64,000 bases of DNA, taken from NCBI GenBank assembly GCA_023415595.1, contig JAEZJW010000142.1:3573-67572 (forward strand). Direction: 5' to 3'. The position numbers and the translations under genes were made by a program. Source of the DNA: Bacillota bacterium (GTDB lineage Bacteria > Bacillota > Clostridia > Lachnospirales > Lachnospiraceae). The notes under the pieces were generated by a model. It saw only the letters and a list, made by a program, of their open reading frames with translations. It was not told where the DNA came from and did no database searches. Below are positions 57,958 through 64,000 of this stretch, in pieces (within the stretch, counting starts at the first letter, position 1; each line of letters begins with the position of its first letter).

Positions 57958-59094
57958 TTATAGCATCGATCCATCGATGATGGAGATCGGATCCAGCTTC
58001 TTTAGCATCCTCCAGACGGGAATCAGACTGAATAATGTAACAAAGAGCGGCGAGCAGGCTGCTCCCAGGATATATCTTAGGTTTATGATTTCCAGGGAAT
58101 CACCGATGGGTTTAAAATAGGTTATATTCAATATAATACCGGTCAGGATTGAAAGCAGAATTCCAAGAGCAAATCCCAGCAGGTTGATCCCATTAATCTC
58201 CGCAAAGGCGCGATTGATTACCTTCTGCCTGGAATATCCGATTGCCCATAACAGGCCGAACTCACTCCGTCTCTGTGTAAAATAAATGTAGCACAGGAAC
58301 CCGATGCAGGAGGATACGATGATAATGATGAAGGTACAGACCAGCGTAATGAAAAGCTCAACCTTCGCTTCGGAATTTTTCAGCCAGGCCTTCTCTGTGT
58401 TAATGGTATTGATCTGGTAGTTTGATGGGACCATCGACTCCAAAGCCTGATTCATCTCATCGAGTGCACCACTCTCGGGGAAGATGATACCCCCGTAGAT
58501 ATACTCGTAGGGAAGGTGATAGGTATTGATATATTGCTTGATGGGTGCGAAGGAGAGGATATGCTTACCCTCTAGGATTCCTACGATATGATAAACGCCC
58601 GGAAGAGTTTCCTCCTTGGAAACCATTCGGCCGATTATGTCGCCGATTTTCAATCCCTTATTAGCCGCCACCTGCTTATGAAGGACGATTTCATTCCCGG
58701 CTTCCGGAAGTCTGCCGCTTTCCAGTTTCAGGTCCAGAAGCTCCATCATTTTAGTTATTTCTTCCGGCTCAATGGAATAGATCATCGCAGCATAATTAGA
58801 ACCTATTCCCGCCCTGACTGACGTACTGTCGAAAACACAGGGGATTACTCTCCCTACCCCCTCGGTATGTTCGATGGTGGTAATGATACTCCTGTTTAGC
58901 ACCTCACCCTTGGGGGATATCGTTGAGAAATACTTTCTTGGTTCCGTATAGAGATGATGTCCCAGCCGGAAGGAGGAGTAGATTACCATCTGTACGATAT
59001 ATAACAGGATTACACTTAAGGTAACCGATATCAATACGGATAAGAACCTCTTCCGGTTGTTCTGATAGTATTTTAAGATGGATAAGGGCTTCAT
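57958..59094 (-). CDS. FtsX-like ABC transporter permease
   Basis: QRRSEFGLLWAIGYS FtsX motif, four TM helices; MKPLS start after GGAGG. Confidence 0.85.
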   Translation of the reverse strand: MKPLSILKYYQNNRKRFLSVLISVTLSVILLYIVQMVIYSSFRLGHHLYTEPRKYFSTISPKGEVLNRSIITTIEHTEGVGRVIPCVFDSTSVRAGIGSNYAAMIYSIEPEEITKMMELLDLKLESGRLPEAGNEIVLHKQVAANKGLKIGDIIGRMVSKEETLPGVYHIVGILEGKHILSFAPIKQYINTYHLPYEYIYGGIIFPESGALDEMNQALESMVPSNYQINTINTEKAWLKNSEAKVELFITLVCTFIIIIVSSCIGFLCYIYFTQRRSEFGLLWAIGYSRQKVINRAFAEINGINLLGFALGILLSILTGIILNITYFKPIGDSLEIINLRYILGAACSPLFVTLFSLIPVWRMLKKLDPISIIDGSML

Positions 59095-59215
59095 GGCTGC
59101 CTCCATAACTTCATGTTATTGACGTTTCTTACAGTTCATTATAAAACCGTAGCACCGGATAAGATAGTTACTCCTGTCATCAATTTTATATGACGGTGAT
59201 AATATTCAGATTGAA

Positions 59216-59878
59216 TTAATTGATTCCATGATCCTTAAGATAAAGGACTGCCTGGGTACGGTCGCTGATTCCCAGCTTGCTGTAGATGTTGCTGATATAA
59301 TTCCTGACGGTACCCTCCGAGATATGGATCATCAGGGAGATCTGATTATTCGTAAAGCCTTGTACCATCATCGAGCAGATTTCCAGCTCTCTTTCCGTAA
59401 GGTCCAGCTCTGCCTGTGAGGCTTCTTTCCTTCTGCCTGAGGAGGAGATCCTGGTGAGTCCTTCGGCAAGCTTTACAGCCACCTCCTGAGGGATGATCGT
59501 TCTTCCCTCCACGCAGTCGCGAATCGCCCTGATCAGCTTCTCCATATCAATATCCTTAAGAAAATAACCGCTGGCACCGCCTGCCAGAGCATCGATAATA
59601 TATTCCTCATCATTGAAGGTAGTAAGCATAATTACCTTGGTCTCCGGGTGTTGCTGCTTAATCTTCTTAATACAGGTAACACCATCCATTTCCGGCATGC
59701 GGATATCCAGAAGAACGACATCGGGAGGTTGCTTTTCCATCATTCTGATTGCCTCCAAACCGTTTGAGGCAGTGCCGGTCACTTCGAAATCCTTCTCCAG
59801 GGAGAGCACGGTCTTTAATCCATCCCTCATCAGGGTCTGGTCATCTACAATTAATATCCTTATCTTATTCGGCTCCAT
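59216..59878 (-). CDS. NarL/LuxR family response regulator
   Basis: IVDDQ, LLDIRMP, LTTF, LTERELE...TVRNYISNIYSKLG. Confidence 0.93.
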   Translation of the reverse strand: MEPNKIRILIVDDQTLMRDGLKTVLSLEKDFEVTGTASNGLEAIRMMEKQPPDVVLLDIRMPEMDGVTCIKKIKQQHPETKVIMLTTFNDEEYIIDALAGGASGYFLKDIDMEKLIRAIRDCVEGRTIIPQEVAVKLAEGLTRISSSGRRKEASQAELDLTERELEICSMMVQGFTNNQISLMIHISEGTVRNYISNIYSKLGISDRTQAVLYLKDHGIN

Positions 59879-61067
59879 GATTTTCTTCCTCCCCTGCCGG
59901 TATCGTAACGCTGATCTTAAAGCCTTCTCCGGGTGCAGTCTGGATCTTTAAAACTCCACCGGCTTCCTTGACTCGTTCTTCCATCGCTCCGAGGCCGAAG
60001 CCCTTTACCAGGGCATCGGTTCCTGTCCCATTATCCTGAAGCATGAACCGGATATTGCCATTCTCATATTCCAGGACGAATACGAAGGCAGTGCTTTTGC
60101 CGTGCCTGATCCCATTGGTCAGGCCTTCCTGAAGCGCTCGGTAGATTGCCTTCTCCCGGGAGTGCGTCAGCCCTGGCAGATCCTTAATTTCATACTTGAT
60201 AAACACACCGGCATGCTTCTTGGTTTCTTCGATCAGAAGGATCAGGGAAGGGATAAATTCCATCAGCTCCTTACCTGACTGCAGGGTTTTTACTGATTCC
60301 CGGATATCCTGCAGGCCGTTTCTGACCTGGGCCTTGGCGAGTCTCAGTTTTTCAATGGCTTCCTCCCGGTCAACGGGAATTAATCGTTCACCGGCCTCCA
60401 TTTCAAGCAGCACGGTAGTCAGCGTATGCCCGACAGTATCATGAATTTCCCTGGCAATCCGGTTACGTTCCTTTACGATCGTCAACTCCTCCAGCTCCTC
60501 TGAATTATCCTTCAGCTTCTGATAAGCGTTCTCCAACTGCCTGGATTTCAGCTTTAGTTCATACATGGTTTCCGATAGAATCTTACGTTGCCTGATCTCA
60601 TATCTCAGGATATACATGATTACATAGACTGCCAGGAAGGAGAGGGAGTTAATGCCTATCCTGGGTAACAGCACCTTAAGCTCCGATCCGCCCGCCTTAA
60701 TGAACTCTGACAGGTGTAAGGCAGCGAAGCACAGGAAGGTAAAGCATCCCGTAAACTTAGGGGAATATATGATGGCACAGTCGGCGATCAGCAGGTAGAA
60801 GAAGATGGCTGAGCTTGTACCACCGTCCAGAAGTCGGAGGACAGATACCAGCAGAAGATCCAACAGAAGAGTTGCTTTGCCGAACTTAATATACTCTTCC
60901 GAGGGATAGAGCACTGCATTACGGACCGTTACAGAGGCAATAACCAACCCGGATAGAAGCAGGATTAACCAGGGATCACTGAGGTTCTGGGCCAATACGT
61001 ACAGAAGAACGACAGTTAAAGACAAATATAGAATATAAGTAAAAATACTTTCTGTTTTCTGATCCAT
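59865..61067 (-). CDS. Sensor histidine kinase (HisKA_3 type)
   Basis: ERNRIAREIHDTVGH, QEGLTNGIRH, DNGTG, GFGLGAMEER. Confidence 0.93.
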   Translation of the reverse strand: MDQKTESIFTYILYLSLTVVLLYVLAQNLSDPWLILLLSGLVIASVTVRNAVLYPSEEYIKFGKATLLLDLLLVSVLRLLDGGTSSAIFFYLLIADCAIIYSPKFTGCFTFLCFAALHLSEFIKAGGSELKVLLPRIGINSLSFLAVYVIMYILRYEIRQRKILSETMYELKLKSRQLENAYQKLKDNSEELEELTIVKERNRIAREIHDTVGHTLTTVLLEMEAGERLIPVDREEAIEKLRLAKAQVRNGLQDIRESVKTLQSGKELMEFIPSLILLIEETKKHAGVFIKYEIKDLPGLTHSREKAIYRALQEGLTNGIRHGKSTAFVFVLEYENGNIRFMLQDNGTGTDALVKGFGLGAMEERVKEAGGVLKIQTAPGEGFKISVTIPAGEEENHGAE

Positions 61068-61355
61068 GCTCTGCGGCTCCTTCGGATATGTAAAATACTA
61101 CTATTTAAAACAATTTTATCCTAACGGCAAGGGATTATCAACCGGAATATTATCTTAATTAAGTATACACTGATCTGGTATTAAGCTTTTACAGTGCTTC
61201 GGCGGAGGCAGGGCTTGATATGAAGAAGGTGTCATATGACAGCTGTAATATAAAATAGTGATAAAACCGATGACGGCAGACACTTACCGCCAGCGCTTTC
61301 TTCAGGTATGATGATCCCAGGATGCCGGGAACGGCATAATCTGGGAGGTGGAATT

Positions 61356-63854
61356 ACGAGTATCACAGGGAAGTACATTTTAAAAAGTATCATGGAGAAG
61401 AAGCTGCGGACGGCATTGATCATATTATCAATTGCGATATCCGCTGCACTATATTTCGCTTCAGCCTCCATCTCGGATACCATGGTCAAGGTTCAGACGA
61501 AGAGATGGAGAGCAAACGTTGGGTACACGGACCTTTTAGTACAGGCCTGGTGGGAATCCCCCGGCAGGTATTTCAATCCGGAAAGAATATCAGGTTTGGA
61601 GGAATACTTCGATTATGCGATCGGAACCGTCTCCGGCTACGGACAATACCGGTATGGTAAGGAGAGGGACCAGGGCTTCCGGTTGTGGGGTATCGATTAT
61701 GACGATATGAACCGGATCACTACTGTTGGCTTACGGGAAGGGACGGAAGTTTATCCCTTTACCGGGAAGAAGATCATCATCAGTACCGAGACTGCAGATA
61801 AATACGGACTCCGGGCCGGAGATCCGATCACGCTTACCTTGAACGGCTTAAGACAGAAATTCCTGATCTGCGGTATTGCGTACCGGGAGGGACCATTTCT
61901 GGGAGAGGGGGAGACGGTAACGGGAGTTGTCCCTCCGGATACCCTACAGTCCCTATATAACGTCCGAGGCAAGGTGGACACGATGTATGTTAAGCTGAAG
62001 AACCCTGCGAATAAGCAGCAGATGATGAGTATTCTAGGGCGTAAGTTCCCCAAGTACCATGTCAGCGAACCCTTTACCGAGCAGGAGATCAGAAGCCAGA
62101 ATAATAAGATCCGCATGCCCTTCCTGGCATTGACGATTATCTTAAGCTTCATGAGTATCTACATCATTAGCTCTACCTTTCGGGTCATCACCTCCCAGAG
62201 GCTTCCGGATATCGGTACCTATTTAAGTATTGGTGCCGGAAGAAGGACCATTAACCGCATGCTGCTGACAGAAAGCCTGATTTACGGCGGTGTCGGGGGA
62301 GCAGTGGGATGTCTGCTTGGAATTGCAGCACTTTATCTGATGTCCATATTTACGATGCCCTCCTGGGATGGGGGATATAAGGCGGCCATCTCCTTCGAAC
62401 CGAAGCAGCTGCTCATTACCTTTGCGATGGCACTTCTGCTGTGCCTGGTCAGCTCCATTAAGCCGATCCTATCCGTCCATCGGATAGCCGTCAAGGATAT
62501 CATTTTAAATATGGTTGAAAATGCGAAAGCAAATAAGAAGCTGAGGGCAGTGGCAGGCTTTGCGTTTCTGGGTATCTGCAGCTTGACGCCACTTCTTGTT
62601 AAGGGGAAGAACAGCATGTATCTTAATGCCCTGTGCATTGTGGGAGTGATTGCAGCCTCCGTCCTGATCGTTCCGTTTTTGGTACACTGTCTGATTGGAC
62701 TTCTGGGGCGGGTATATGGTGCACTCTTCGGTAATATCGGAGGAATCGCCGTGAAAAACCTAAGGGATAATAAGAGCATCAACGGCAGCGTCTCCTTGTT
62801 GGCAATCGGAATATCCTGTGTATTGTTTGTTAATACCCTAAGCTACAGTACCTTACAGGAGCTGGTGAATTATTATGACCGGAACCAATATGAGATCTAC
62901 ATGTCAGCGAAGGAGATTGACAGGGAATACCTGCAGGAAATCAAGAATACAGAGGGTGTAAAGGAAGTAACAAAGGTTATGGGCATCGGAGGCATCGAGC
63001 TTGTTGACCAGAAGGATACCCTCGGGCTCATGGTGGGAGTCGATACGAAGAAATACTTAGATTATAACAATCTTCAGATATCAGGTGACCGTGATGCGCT
63101 ATTCAGTCTTCTTGAGCAGGGCAGAACGATCCTCTTAAGCAACCGGTTGAAGAATCGTCTGGGCGTGAATACAGGAGATGTACTCAGAATCAGGGCTTGG
63201 GGTAAGATTTCCTCCTACACGGTTGCCGGCTTCTTCGAAAGCATCGAAAATAATGGGAACTTCGCCATCGTCTCGGAGAAATACATGAGGCTGGATATGG
63301 GCTGGAAGGACAGCTTCTACAGTACGATCCTTATTAAGACAGAGGGTGATCAGGGGAAGGTACTGGAGAATCTGAACGATCGGTTTGTCAGGCAGCAGCC
63401 TTACCTTAAGACGATGCAGCAGATGAAGTATGAAAATATCCGTTATAATGAGCAGATTTTCCTGATTGCTAAGGGCTTTTCAGTCATCACGATGCTGGCA
63501 GGAATTCTGGGGATCTTTAATAACCTGATCATAAATTTCATAAGAAGAAAGAGGATCCTCGCCATGTTCCGCTCTGTTGGAATGAGTAAGCCCCAGATCA
63601 TCCGAATGATCTATGTAGAGGCACTCTCCTTAGGAATTGCCGGAAGCATGGCGGGTACGGGGGCAGGGCTGCTGATGCTGATCTCAGGAGCCGGATTACT
63701 GAAATCATTGGAAATGGAGACGAGTATTCATTACTCTGCGATACAGATCGGCTTATGCCTGGCACTCGGTATAGTGATATCAGTCCTTGCGTCCATCTGG
63801 CCGGCACTGAAATCCTCTAAATTAAATCTGATGGAGGCGGTGAAGTATGAATAA
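61356..63854 (+). CDS. FtsX-like ABC transporter permease (duplicated); start codon uncertain, possibly ACG at 61356
   Basis: Two FtsX motifs (QRLPDIGTYLSIGA, RKRILAMFRSVGMS); GGAGG at 61344-48 sits 7 nt before an in-frame ACG. Confidence 0.85.
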   Translation, partial: TSITGKYILKSIMEKKLRTALIILSIAISAALYFASASISDTMVKVQTKRWRANVGYTDLLVQAWWESPGRYFNPERISGLEEYFDYAIGTVSGYGQYRYGKERDQGFRLWGIDYDDMNRITTVGLREGTEVYPFTGKKIIISTETADKYGLRAGDPITLTLNGLRQKFLICGIAYREGPFLGEGETVTGVVPPDTLQSLYNVRGKVDTMYVKLKNPANKQQMMSILGRKFPKYHVSEPFTEQEIRSQNNKIRMPFLALTIILSFMSIYIISSTFRVITSQRLPDIGTYLSIGAGRRTINRMLLTESLIYGGVGGAVGCLLGIAALYLMSIFTMPSWDGGYKAAISFEPKQLLITFAMALLLCLVSSIKPILSVHRIAVKDIILNMVENAKANKKLRAVAGFAFLGICSLTPLLVKGKNSMYLNALCIVGVIAASVLIVPFLVHCLIGLLGRVYGALFGNIGGIAVKNLRDNKSINGSVSLLAIGISCVLFVNTLSYSTLQELVNYYDRNQYEIYMSAKEIDREYLQEIKNTEGVKEVTKVMGIGGIELVDQKDTLGLMVGVDTKKYLDYNNLQISGDRDALFSLLEQGRTILLSNRLKNRLGVNTGDVLRIRAWGKISSYTVAGFFESIENNGNFAIVSEKYMRLDMGWKDSFYSTILIKTEGDQGKVLENLNDRFVRQQPYLKTMQQMKYENIRYNEQIFLIAKGFSVITMLAGILGIFNNLIINFIRRKRILAMFRSVGMSKPQIIRMIYVEALSLGIAGSMAGTGAGLLMLISGAGLLKSLEMETSIHYSAIQIGLCLALGIVISVLASIWPALKSSKLNLMEAVKYE

Positions 63855-63879
63855 GACGAATATAAGAAATGAGGTTGGA

Positions 63880-64000
63880 ATGGAGATCGTAAATGCAGTG
63901 GAAGCAATCGACCTGTATAAAAGTTACCAGCTGGGCCCTGTTGAGGTGGAGGTCCTGAAAGGAATTAATCTTACTATAAAAAAGGGAGAGTTCGTATCCA
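63880..64000 (+). CDS. ABC transporter ATP-binding protein, 5' part (runs off window end)
   Basis: MEIVNAVEAIDLYKSYQLGPVEVEVLKGINLTIKKGEFVS after GAGG RBS. Confidence 0.85.
   Translation, partial: MEIVNAVEAIDLYKSYQLGPVEVEVLKGINLTIKKGEFVS

Noticed and set aside
1..64000. Integrase, transposase, prophage or defence genes that could service the tRNA repeats
   Set aside because: No ORF in the window shows recombinase, transposase or phage motifs, so any mobilising enzyme would have to be encoded elsewhere.

Overview
A 64-kb chromosomal window from an anaerobic, spore-forming Firmicute. Gene content and promoter style suggest Clostridia, probably Lachnospiraceae-like; this taxonomy is an inference. 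From left to right it carries: small hypothetical genes; three tRNA genes (Leu-CAG, Asn-GTT and an unusual Leu-AAG); a YhfW-like FAD/Rieske oxidoreductase; adenine deaminase and a secreted 5'-nucleotidase; an sdaAB-sdaAA-sstT serine operon; SDR, AraC, Asp-box lipoprotein, serine hydrolase and LysR genes; a rex-led operon joining a PAS-domain sensory [FeFe]-hydrogenase and a SpoIIE-like phosphatase to a trimeric HydCBA bifurcating-type hydrogenase; a four-subunit 2-oxoacid:ferredoxin oxidoreductase operon ending in fabH; several two-component/ABC exporter modules; a CotA-like multicopper oxidase; and a VTC-domain/DUF4956/Cthe_2159-like/2x CotH-kinase cluster. I saw no integrase, transposase, CRISPR array or rRNA. 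The most unusual signal is a family of about 100-120 bp structured repeats attached to the 3' ends of both tRNA-Leu genes. They are tandem at one locus, and at the other they bracket an AT-rich adenine deaminase gene with an 11-bp direct repeat, like a gene-cassette array. Other highlights are a duplicated palindrome-plus-promoter module that may drive a small RNA upstream of the hydrogenase operon, the uncharacterised VTC-CotH cluster, and a probable ACG start codon. All calls come from reading the sequence and motifs by eye; no searches were run.
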